64,000 bases of DNA from Candidatus Bathyarchaeota archaeon. Lineage in GTDB: Archaea > Thermoproteota > Bathyarchaeia > Bathyarchaeales > DTEX01. Under the pieces are notes generated by a model that searched no databases, had not been told where the DNA came from, and was given only the letters and a program-made list of their open reading frames with translations. Shown piece by piece: positions 54,197 to 64,000 of the stretch (the stretch's first letter is position 1; each line of letters opens with the position of its first letter). The DNA is taken from the NCBI GenBank assembly GCA_963714275.1, contig CAVQNT010000002.1, positions 704,001 to 768,000 on the forward strand, in the 5' to 3' direction. Both the position numbers and the translations under genes were made by a program.

Positions 54197-55177
54197 TTGG
54201 AAAGAATACTGGTTGCCGGTGGTGGCGGATTCATAGGAAGTCACCTGGCCAGATACCTGTTGCAGATGGGGAACTTTGTTAGAATTGTCGACATAAATTT
54301 CCCTAACTACATGAAGGAAGAATACTATAGTGAAAAGATGAAACTGGACTTAAGGAATCGAGAGAACTGTCTGACCGCAACGGAAGGAATGGACAAGGTC
54401 TACAATCTTGCAGCTAACATGGGAGGTATTGGCTTCATCACAGCGGTAGGCGCGGAAGTGATGTATGATAATGTGTTGATAAACAGCAACATGTTGGAAG
54501 CCTCGAGGCAAAACAAGGTCCAGCGGTATCTGTTCAGTTCGTCTGCTTGTGTATACCCCACATTCAGGCAAACAGACCCAGAAATAAAAGGCTTGAAAGA
54601 GGAAGATGCCTACCCAGCTGACCCAGACAACTTCTATGGTTGGGAAAAACTATACACGGAAAAGATGTGCGAAGCCTACCAACGAGACTACGGCATGAAT
54701 ATACGGATAGTCAGGTACCACAACATATACGGACCGGAAGGAACATATAAAGGCGGAAGAGAAAAGGCTCCTGCAGCCTTATGCAGAAAAGTAGTAGAAG
54801 CCACAGATCTAGGAACCATAATCATTTGGGGAGACGGGAAACAGACGAGATCATTCTGCTACATCGATGATGCTGTAAGGGGAACAGTGATGCTCATGGA
54901 ATCAGACTACGACAGACCAATGAACATAGGTTCGGAAAGACTTGTCACCATAGATGAACTCGCAGATATTGTCATCAAAATCTCAGGGAAAAAAATAACA
55001 AAGAAATACGACTCCTCTGCGCCTCAAGGAGTAAGAGGCCGCAATGCCGACATAACTCTTGCGAGAAAAGTGGTGAGTTGGGAACCGAAGGTCAGCTTGG
55101 AAGAAGGATTACGCAAAACCTACAAATGGATAGAGAAGCAATGCAAAGGAACTCCTAGACTTCTGGGAGAGTCATAA
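54197..55177 (+). CDS. NAD-dependent epimerase, GDP-mannose 3,5-epimerase-like
   Basis: GGGGFIG, LAANMGGIGFI, SSACVYP, YGWEK, GGREKAPAALCRK, PQGVRGRN. Confidence 0.88.
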   Translation: MERILVAGGGGFIGSHLARYLLQMGNFVRIVDINFPNYMKEEYYSEKMKLDLRNRENCLTATEGMDKVYNLAANMGGIGFITAVGAEVMYDNVLINSNMLEASRQNKVQRYLFSSSACVYPTFRQTDPEIKGLKEEDAYPADPDNFYGWEKLYTEKMCEAYQRDYGMNIRIVRYHNIYGPEGTYKGGREKAPAALCRKVVEATDLGTIIIWGDGKQTRSFCYIDDAVRGTVMLMESDYDRPMNIGSERLVTIDELADIVIKISGKKITKKYDSSAPQGVRGRNADITLARKVVSWEPKVSLEEGLRKTYKWIEKQCKGTPRLLGES

Positions 55178-55392
55178 CCTTCATGCATGCACTTCTATTG
55201 AGGAAGGGATAAAATAATCAAGTAAGATGAGGCTTAAGCGCGCTAGTAATATTCAGAAAACCCATATCACCGGAGGTATACTATATTCCTCACTGCCAAT
55301 AACATAAGGGAGATTATTCCATAAAGTTGGGTGATTAATGTAATCGTGATAGCTACCTTTTTTGGGTCCACAGTTGGTTAATGTAACGATAA

Positions 55393-56608
55393 ATGGCTTC
55401 CAAAATGAAGAAAAAACTGCTTGTTGTCACTACCGATTATTTCCATCCTCTCAGATTTAGATTACACCATATGCTTCCTTTTCTTCTCAGAAATTTCGAT
55501 ATAAAGATAATCGCGATAGCGCCAGCACTTTATGATGTGCCATCAAACATGCATGTACACGCGCGCGCGGTTGTAGGGATGAAGAGAATTCTTCGTCGTA
55601 AGGTAATCCAGGAACGAGATGGCGTAGTCATAATACGTAATCCATTGTTGGAAGTAGGCGCAGACCTGATCCGAACTGTTTTGGAAATAATGGGAAAGGC
55701 CATTTTTGCAGCGTGGATAATCAAGCTAAAAAAAGTGTATAACGGATTTGATGTCTGTCTAGCATCTTCGCATTTTGGAGCGTTTAGTGCACTACTTGCT
55801 AAGATGCCTATACCCATTATATATGAAGATGCCGATCGATTTGAATTTTTTGTAGAAGATACTTTCACGAGAAAAAATTGTAGGATTCATTGAGAGATAC
55901 TGCATTAGGAATTCAGCAGGGGTTATTTCGACTGGTTACAGTCTAGCAAAATCTGCAGAGGCAATAAGGGGAAACCGTATATACTGTATACCAAACGGTA
56001 TAGATCTGAGATTTTTTGAGAACATCCACAATGACGAGAACGAAGAAGATGTCTTTTCCATTGTTTATCTAGGCTCAATTGCTCCATGGTGTGGTCTTGA
56101 GTTAGCTATAAAATCTCTCCCTCTCATAATTTCCAAGTTTCCTAAAACAAAGCTTAATGTTGTAGGATCAGGGCGTGGAGAAGATATCAGCAAATTGAAG
56201 ACCATTGCTGAGAAATTAGGTATGAGGGATAAAGTGATTTTTTTAGGACCCAAGAAATACGATGAATTGCCACCTATAATTTCAAAGTGTGGAATCGGTC
56301 TAGCAACATTTCCAAAGACTGAATTAATGCGGTATGCATTTACGTATAAAGTAATAGAGTACATGGCTGCCGGTCTTCCGGTGATAGCTACAGATGTCGG
56401 CGATACTGGAAAGATCATAAAGAAATACAAATGTGGAGTGATCGTGGAAAACACACCAGAATCGGTGGCTGAGGGAGTAAGGAGATTGTTTGGAAATAGA
56501 GAATATATGCTAATGCTAGGTAAGAATGGACGACAAGGTTCCAAAGATTTTGATCTGAAGGTTCTGGCTGAAAGAGAAATCAAGGTTCTCTCGCAGTCTT
56601 TCAAATGA
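55393..56608 (+). CDS. GT4 glycosyltransferase, frameshift near 55875
   Basis: YEDAD; shifted frame gives IPNGID, YLGSIAPW, KVIEYMAAGLPVIATDVGD. Confidence 0.85.
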
Positions 56609-56667
56609 GAGACATAGTAAATTAAGTGAACCACAACGCAACTTTTTCAAATAGTTAATGGGGACAT

Positions 56668-56856
56668 AATCTTGCGGATATTGTCGTCAAAATCTCTGGA
56701 AAGAGTATAACACAGAAATACGACTCCTCTGCGCCTCAAGGAGTAAGAGGCCGCAATGCCGACATAACTCTAGTAAGAAAGATGTTAGGTTGGGAACCAA
56801 GGGTTAGCTTGGAAGAGGGATTACGTAGAACCTACAAATGGATAGAGAAGCAATGT
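56668..56856 (+). repeat. Diverged second copy of the 3' end of the epimerase gene (original ~54956-55144); 58-bp identical core 56714-56771 = 55002-55059
   Basis: Direct visual alignment. The copy encodes LADIVVKISGKSITQKYDSSAPQGVRGRNADITLVRKMLGWEPRVSLEEGLRRTYKWIEKQC without the upstream part of the gene. Confidence 0.92.
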
Positions 56857-56987
56857 ATCAGTCAGGATATATGTGAAGCTAGTTAATCTGAACATAGGAG
56901 AAACCATTGATAAAAAGATTACATAAGTCTTCATGATAATCACATTCTAAGAACATATGTTAAAATAAAGTCATCGGGAAATGTAGA

Positions 56988-57896
56988 ATGGTTGTGAAAG
57001 TTACAATAGGAATTTGTGTTAGAAACGAAGAAAAAACGATTAAAAAGGCAGTTGAAAGTGTTCTTCATCAAGATTATCCACATAATCTTATGGAAGTAAT
57101 CTTTGTTGATGATGGCAGTAGTGACTCCACTTTATCAATCATTAATGATTATGTCACTAATAAAATGGATGTTATTACCAAGGTATTTAGCGGAAAATGG
57201 CAAGGTTTAGGGAGAGCCAGAAATATAGTGGTCAAAAATGCCAAGGGGGACTACATAATATGGGTTGATGGCGATATGGTATTGAGGGACGACTATGTGA
57301 GAAAACAAGTTAAGTTTATGGAAGAAAATCAAAGAGTAGGTTTAGCTGGAGGGAAATTCGGAATTTTCCATGGAAAAAATCTAATTGTGGCTTTAGATAA
57401 TGCTGAATTTTTGGCAAAGGATTATCTTTTTGGAAAAAAAACAAGATCAAAGCCAATACTCTATCACCTTGGATTTGCTGGATCGATTTTAAGAGTAAAG
57501 TCAATTGAACAAGTTGGTAGTTTCAACCCCAATATTAAGGGAGCAGGAGAAGATGTTGAGATCATCCACAAAATCACAAAGGCTGGTTGGCTAATTCATA
57601 CAGCTAATGAGGCTATTTTTTATCACAGAAGAGAAGATACACTGAGAAAAGTCTGGAAGCAAAACAAGCAATACGGATACGACTATTATTTCCTGAAACT
57701 CATTGATGTATGGAATATCGAACCAAAGGTTCTATTCTATGGCATTTTGTACCCTCATATAGCCTATAAATTGTTACACGAAAAAAGAGTCTTTTTATTA
57801 ATTTTCTATTATTACTACAAGAAACTCGGTTGGATGCTCGGTTTCCTTAAAGCCCATATAGATAGCAAAATCCTCCCCAGAAACATGCCCAGATAA
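56988..57896 (+). CDS. GT2 glycosyltransferase
   Basis: IGICVRNEE, VDDGSSD, ARN, WVDGD, GEDVE. Confidence 0.9.
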   Translation: MVVKVTIGICVRNEEKTIKKAVESVLHQDYPHNLMEVIFVDDGSSDSTLSIINDYVTNKMDVITKVFSGKWQGLGRARNIVVKNAKGDYIIWVDGDMVLRDDYVRKQVKFMEENQRVGLAGGKFGIFHGKNLIVALDNAEFLAKDYLFGKKTRSKPILYHLGFAGSILRVKSIEQVGSFNPNIKGAGEDVEIIHKITKAGWLIHTANEAIFYHRREDTLRKVWKQNKQYGYDYYFLKLIDVWNIEPKVLFYGILYPHIAYKLLHEKRVFLLIFYYYYKKLGWMLGFLKAHIDSKILPRNMPR

Positions 57897-58095
57897 ACTG
57901 GTCTACAAGCTGAGCTGACTTATTAACATTTTTTGGGGATTCTCATGACTGAAACCTCTAGACTGATGGCAGAAAGATGCTTTTACGGTGAAGGATAGCG
58001 AATTGAAATACCATTTAAAAGCACTTGACATATATGATGTCTTTTGATTCTAGGTGTGAATGGCGCGCGCAATTAGGCTTTGGAGAGAGAGAAAA

Positions 58096-59473
58096 CTACG
58101 CAGAACCAGCTTTAATGGCGTCGACAAGTATCTGTCCATACTTGTTAACTGTACCTCCTGTTACTCCTTCTTCTGCTACATATTCTTGTATTTCTGCCAT
58201 CGAACTATCTGGCCCCCTCCAATCCCAACTCATATAATGAATACCCCACTCGTTAAAGATCTGCAAGGTGTTAGCAAACCATGTGTCTTCTCCAGACGTA
58301 TATATGTCCGCTCCTATTCCTCTTATAGAAATGGGATAACTCTGGCTGTAATACAAAACTTTCTCTTCTGTGCAAATGTTTTTGATTGTTGTGTAATCTG
58401 TTGGTCTACTGCTTATTGGTTCCTGAACACCTACACTGCCATAATATCTGAAGCAACTAGCAGTATAAGCAAGATTATTTGCAGAATCTGAGAGTGGTGC
58501 TGAGTCAATCCAATTTAAATTCATCCATGGATCATTAAGGTTACCCCAGTAACCTAATGTAGTGGCATATCCAACGATGATTAAATGATGAATATAACCC
58601 TTGGTATCCTCTTTTGCACGTATACCATTAATAATGTTCTGCCATACTGTTTGCCACTCATTCAGTTTGGTTTGAGTGTTCCAACTTGACCTGCACCAAG
58701 GCTCGTCCCAAAATTCAAGGATTAAATTATTATGGGAACCTAAAGCATCAACTTGTTCAACAACATAATTTACAAATGCATTAGCATTTGGTATAAGGGC
58801 AGTTGGATAAGCCATATCCTCAAGCCCAGCGTATGTTACTGAGAAAGTAACTAAATCGAGATATATGCCATGATTTGCACATCTAGTAAGCAAGTCATCA
58901 AGTATCTGCCTAAATGTCATGGTTCCCTGTTCAGTTGCGCTGGTTGGGTTGTTAATCCACCATTCAGCAGTAAATATATATCGTAGACAGTTAATGCCGT
59001 AGGATTGCATCTTGTTAAGAATCAAGTCAACTTTACTCTGGTAGTAAACGCCCCATCCTCCCCAACAACCAGATGGATCATCATAAGCGAAGTCTCTATT
59101 CACGCCTCTCAGGTAAACTATCTGTCCAAGGTCGTTTTTAATTTTGTTTTCTTCCACATGTAAAGGTCGAGTGGCTGGTGAATCGTTAATAGTCGTTGTT
59201 CCCGAAGTGGCAGTTGTTGTCGAAGTTATTGTTGTAGTGTAAGATGTTGATGTGGTACTCGACGTTATTGTTGATGTTCCAGTTGTTGTTAAAGTTGTGG
59301 CAGTGCTTGCGGTGGTTGTCGAAATATATGAGATATGACCAGAACTTCCTATAGTGGATTCTACCGTCAACAGGGAAGATGCCCCCATAACCTGAATAGC
59401 AGTAATTATAATAGAAACTAAGCATAAGACAAATCCTCTTTTTAAGGGACTGTTGTTCAGTTTTAGTCTCCAC
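58096..59473 (-). CDS. Secreted GH5-like (cellulase family) protein with a Thr-rich linker; signal region frameshifted near 59413; catalytic motifs degenerate
   Basis: LHVEENKIKNDLGQIVYLRGVN, GINCLRY, GIYLDL, EFWDEP, WGIHYMSWDW; T/S-rich linker near the N-terminus. Confidence 0.75.
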
Positions 59474-59573
59474 CCATTTATTAATTCTTTTAGAATCTAA
59501 AAATGCGATATAAAAAACATGGGAATTCTAAACATAGTTTGCAGAACTGTATTTATTATAACGATAGGATAAA

Positions 59574-61789
59574 GTGATGAAAAAAATGACTAACTCCAAG
59601 TCAGTTGAAAAAAGCGGGGTAATTCTGCCAAGATTCCTATTATATGTGCTGGCGGCACAAGTCATGGCGTGCATTACACTGGTCCTAGATATCCCAATTG
59701 CTCGGCAAGTCGCAGGTTTTCTCTATCTCACCTTTATTCCAGGCATCATCCTTTTGAAGGTATTCAGGTTAGAGAAGTCTGATTTGACAGAGATGATTTT
59801 ATTCTCTGTGGGATTAAGTGTCACCTTCCTAATGTCCATAGGGCTTCTAATAAACGAGTTAGGTCCTTTAGTTCTCATATCGAAGCCTTTATCAGTAGAA
59901 CCTCTAGCTTTGATTATCAATATTGTTGTTCTCTTAATGTGTATTTTGGAATGCGTCAAAAATAGAAAAGACTTTATTGCTAAGGTATCAGTAGGCTTTG
60001 GAAGCTCGCGCTTGGCAATGCTTTATTTTCTTCTTCTCGTTCTTCTTCCTTTTTTAAGTGTCCTTGGAGCGATGTTGGTAAATGCTTTACAAGATAGCTT
60101 TTTTCTTCTTTCAATAATAATGTTAATTTCGATTCTATTTTTTTTAGGTGCGATATCACCCAGATTCTCTCTTTATTATCCCTTAGCAATATTTTTAATT
60201 GCATTAGCCCTGTTGTTTCAAACTTCTCTCATATCTAACTATATACACGGGTCTGACATTAATATTGAATTGCACATTTTTGAGGTGACAAAGGACCTTT
60301 CATACTGGAATCCGAATCTTTTTAGAGCAGTGGCTGATTATCAAAGGTGGTCAGATTTGGCGAACCTTGGCTCTATGCTGAGTATCAGCGTGCTTCCTAC
60401 AATATATTCAAACATATTAAATATTGAGGAAACCTGGGTATTAAAAATTGTATACCCTTTGATTTTTTCATTTTTGCCTTTGGGTTTATATCAGCTCTAC
60501 CGAACACAATGGGGAAAAAAAGCTGCTTTCATATCGTCCTTCTTCTTTGTCTCTAACTTCGTGTTTCTGGAATGACATCACTCACTAGGCAGATGATTGC
60601 TGAATTATTTTATATTCTATTATTTTTAGTGCTTTTCAGGAAAAACATGGACCCCAAGATTAAGTGGATATTCCTTATATGTTTCGGCTTTGGTCTTGTT
60701 GTTTCCCATTATGCAATATCTTATATTTTTCTATTCCTAGTTTCTCTTACATGGCTTTTTGGAAAATTTTTTATGAAAAATGAAAATTTGAAAATAAGTT
60801 TGGCAATAGTTTGTTTCTTCTTTGTCCTCACATTTTCGTGGTACACGTTTGTAAGCCCAATACCATCTGAAAGATTAGCGCTTGAATTTGATAAGTGGTT
60901 CCGCGCCATTTTTTCAGAGTTTTTTGCTTCTCAATCAAGAGGTGCAGAGGTACTGAGTGGTTTAGGCTTATCGGAGGCACCAAGTTTTTACCATTACATA
61001 GGAAGAATGTTTCAGTATGTCGCAGAATTGTTTATTCTGATTGGTTTTGTTTCATTAATACGTAAACGAAAGAAAGAAACATTTGACTCTGAATACTTAC
61101 TAGTCACATCCTTAAATATGATTATTCTATTGATGTGCATAATCATTCCGAACTTTGCTAGTTCGTTAGGAATGGATAGACTTTACCATGTTTCACTTTT
61201 GTTTCTATCACCTCTTTTCTTTCTAGGCTGCAAAACCTTTTTTGCGAATGCAATAAACTTGAAAAAAGAAGAGAAGAGAGAAAGTTACAGTTCAATCTTG
61301 ATCTTGATTCTGTTGGTGACATTCTTCCTTTTTCAAGTGGGATTTGTCTACGAAATCACACGAGATCCTGTTCCCTCTTCGATTTCTTTAAGCAAGTATA
61401 GGATGGGCGATCTCCCCTATGATTCCGATTCCATAGGCTTGATTCATGAGAATGATGTCTTTGGCGCTATGTGGTTATCAAGGTATGCTGATGTCGAAAA
61501 TACACAAACATATTCTGATACAATTTCTAAATATCATGTTTTAACTAGTTACAGCATGATACCAAACAGAGATAATATAGAGGTATTATCCAATACTACA
61601 TTTTCAGTAGCAAGTGGATCATATATTTATCTCAGACGAAACAACGTTATAAATGAACTTATTTCCTACTGGCCAAGCAAAAACATTCAGTACAATATCA
61701 GTGAAATTCCCATTTTTAACAACACACTGTTCCTTAACAGCAAAGTATATTCAAACAGTGCCTGCGAGATATATCATTTTGTCCCCTGA
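59574..61789 (+). CDS. DUF2206-like polytopic membrane protein, frameshift near 60570
   Basis: RQVAGFLYLTFIPG, GSDINIE, SMLSISVLPTIYS, RQMIAELF, VVSHY, RLYH, KVYSN; many TMs. Confidence 0.78.
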
Positions 61790-61921
61790 GTAGGGCATGG
61801 AATTTGGTGGTGGAAATGTTGTCTAAGCCTAATGTTATTCTGTTAGTCATGGATTTCTTAGTGCAGATCGCGCTTGCTAGTTTAGAAGAAATCTAGGCAG
61901 AAATAATTTCAGTTCCTAGAA

Positions 61922-63025
61922 ATGAGTGAAATGATGATGATAATTGGTGTTTTCTCTCCGGTGATAAATTGGTGTGGTGGGGCAGAATGGGTTGCGATAA
62001 ATATTATCAATACTCTGAAAGAGCATGGGCATCAAGTAATAATTTTAACAGACAAATCTTTGAATCAAGATAAGTTCGCTAGCGTTTTTAATAAGAAAGT
62101 ATCTGTAGATAGGCAGATAGTCTTCCCTCTCGCGTTCTTCGCCCCCACAGATTATCACAACCTTTATACAGATGCGGTACGGTCTCTGCTGTTAAAATCC
62201 AAGTGTGAAGTTCTAATAGATACGTATTCTAATTCTATACTTCCCGGAACTGATGTTTGTTATATTCACTATCCCTTACTAGAACTGTTACCATTGAACC
62301 TAAGGAATAAGATCTATTTTTATCCGTATCGAAGATTTCTGGATTTCTCAAAAAGAGACATTAATCATAAGTTAATTTTTGCTAATAGCAAGTTTACTGC
62401 CGAAGCCGTTAAAGTTGAATTTGGCGTGAATCCTCATGTTTTATATCCGCCAGTTTCAAGTGACGTCTTGGATCACGATGAAACTGATTTGTATCAACAA
62501 AGAGACAATGTTGTCCTAACAGTCGCCCGTATCTCTAAAGAGAAAAATCTCAACGAAATCCCATATATAGCTCAAATTAACTAGCAAAGAAATATCCTTC
62601 ACTATTGTGGGGCTTCTAGATTCTAAAGAAGTATTAGAATTCCCTCCTGACATTAATAAAGAAACTTAAACGTGTCTGAAAAGGTAAAGATATTAACAAA
62701 TGTTAGAAGAGATCGCCTGAGAGGAATCTTATTGAATTCTAAGGTTTATCTACATCCAATGATCAATGAGCACTTCGGTGTTTCAATAGTTGAAGCTATG
62801 TCTTCCGGTTGCATTCCAGTTGTACATGATTCAGGGGGTCCAAGGGAGTTCGTTCCACAAGATCTTCGATATAAGAGTATAGAAGAGGCTGCTGAAAAAG
62901 TGGAAAAAGCCATAGATAAATGGTCTCCAAAGGAAGCAAGCAGAGTCTCAAAGATTGCAGATAGATTCAGCGAGAAGAACTTCTCCAAACGATTCATAGA
63001 TGTTTTCAATTCGTACTTTAAGTAA
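61922..63025 (+). CDS. GT4 glycosyltransferase (ALG11-like), frameshifts near 62582 and 62642
   Basis: CGGAEWV, YIHYP, ANSKFT, VLYPPV, EHFGVSIVEAMSSGCIPVVHDSGGPRE. Confidence 0.88.
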
Positions 63026-63204
63026 TTGGTTATTACTTCAATACATGAAATCTCTAGATCCAATTATAAATGCGGTAAATATTATTAATATTCTGAAAAA
63101 AATGGGCATTAAATTGTAATTCTTACATACAAACCTTCGTTTCATAATATTTATGCCTATGAAAATAAACTAGCTATCTTGGTGTATTTTTGGAGAATTG
63201 AACT

Positions 63205-64000
63205 ATGCATCTCGGGGCAAGACAAGAGAATGAAGTGCCTTTTGTATCTGTTGTTGTTCCGACTCTAAATAGAAAGAAGCTTCTTGAAAATTGTCTCAAT
63301 TCTTTTTATAATCTAGATTATCCCAGATCAAAGTTTGAAGTTATTGTTGTTGATAATGGATCTACACGATGGCACAAAAGAAATGGTTTATAGAAAGTTC
63401 CCTGAAGTCAAACTTATCTTTGAGAAAAGAAAGAACTCAAGTTTTGCCAGAAATGCTGGCTGGAAAAATGCAAAGGGTCAAATTATAGCCTTTACTGACG
63501 ATGATTGTGTAGTTGATCCATACTGGTTAAAAATTTTAGTGTCTGGATTTACTTCAGCAGAGATTGGTGGTGTAGGAGGTCCATTATTATTATTATATCC
63601 TGAATCGATTGTTAAGAAGTTTTATAATACACCAGTAGGAAACTTCTATAAAGGAGACAAAATAATCCCAGTAAAAGAATTAATCACAGCTAACCTAACT
63701 GTAAGATATGAAGTGTTTAAGAAAAATAGATTTGATGTATCACTGGCATATACCAATCTCGAGGATATTGACTTCTGCAGAAGCCTAACAGAAGTAGGTT
63801 ACAAGCTTTTATATGTTCCAAATGCAAAAGTATATCATAATATCGATCCTAAAAGACTTACTATGCCTTCTCTTTTGAAAAGAGCCTTTTTTTCAGGAAT
63901 TCAGCTTTTACATTTTTGAGAGGAAAAAAAGTGGAAAGATAGTTTTAATTCCCATGCTTCTAAGAAAAACTCTAGGAGGATTACTTATTTTCTTTCTAAG
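63205..64000 (+). CDS. GT2 glycosyltransferase, frameshifted, probably runs off the window
   Basis: VVVPTLNR, VVDNGS, ARNAG, FTDDDC, EDIDFC. Confidence 0.85.

Noticed and set aside
54956-56856. Epimerase-tail repeat as a diversity-generating retroelement TR/VR pair
   Set aside because: Differences involve C/T, G/A and T/A changes in both directions, are not adenine-specific, and no reverse transcriptase is present.
59186-59330. Low-complexity repeat-like DNA
   Set aside because: Encodes the Thr/Ser linker of the GH5-like protein; no regular repeat-spacer structure, so not a CRISPR array.

Overview
Archaeal chromosomal window (proteasome beta subunit, XPD helicase, archaeal tRNA-Ile, BRE/TATA promoters; gene content and small wHTH families suggest Bathyarchaeia, by inference only). 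About 20 otherwise intact genes carry single-base frameshifts, most likely long-read consensus errors. 1-39.3 kb is housekeeping DNA: a LonC-type protease, an M20 peptidase, an ~18 kb branched-chain amino acid/threonine supercluster (cimA, ilvB-ilvH-ilvC-leuC-leuD-leuB-leuA-second leuC/leuD pair, ilvD, ACT-hom, thrC), uxaC, an ECF S component, purF-guaA, MFS, XPD, ROK kinase, P-type ATPase, psmB and tRNA-Ile(GAU). After the tRNA the DNA is visibly more AT-rich and forms a surface-polysaccharide/biofilm-like region: several small wHTH regulators, a secreted beta-rich putative fibre subunit, DUF1616, DUF2206, GT2/GT4 enzymes, a GDP-mannose 3,5-epimerase-like gene and a GH5-like protein. Best leads: (1) a second threonine-synthase homolog whose PLP-binding Lys is replaced by Arg and which is fused to a PadR-like wHTH, a probable pseudo-enzyme sensor-regulator; (2) a 14-aa N-terminal motif shared by the putative fibre subunit and the degenerate GH5, suggesting display of a glycan-binding module on a donor-strand filament; (3) a palindromic operator ACATT-N3-AATGT and a leader ORF with alternative hairpins upstream of the ilv/leu operon.
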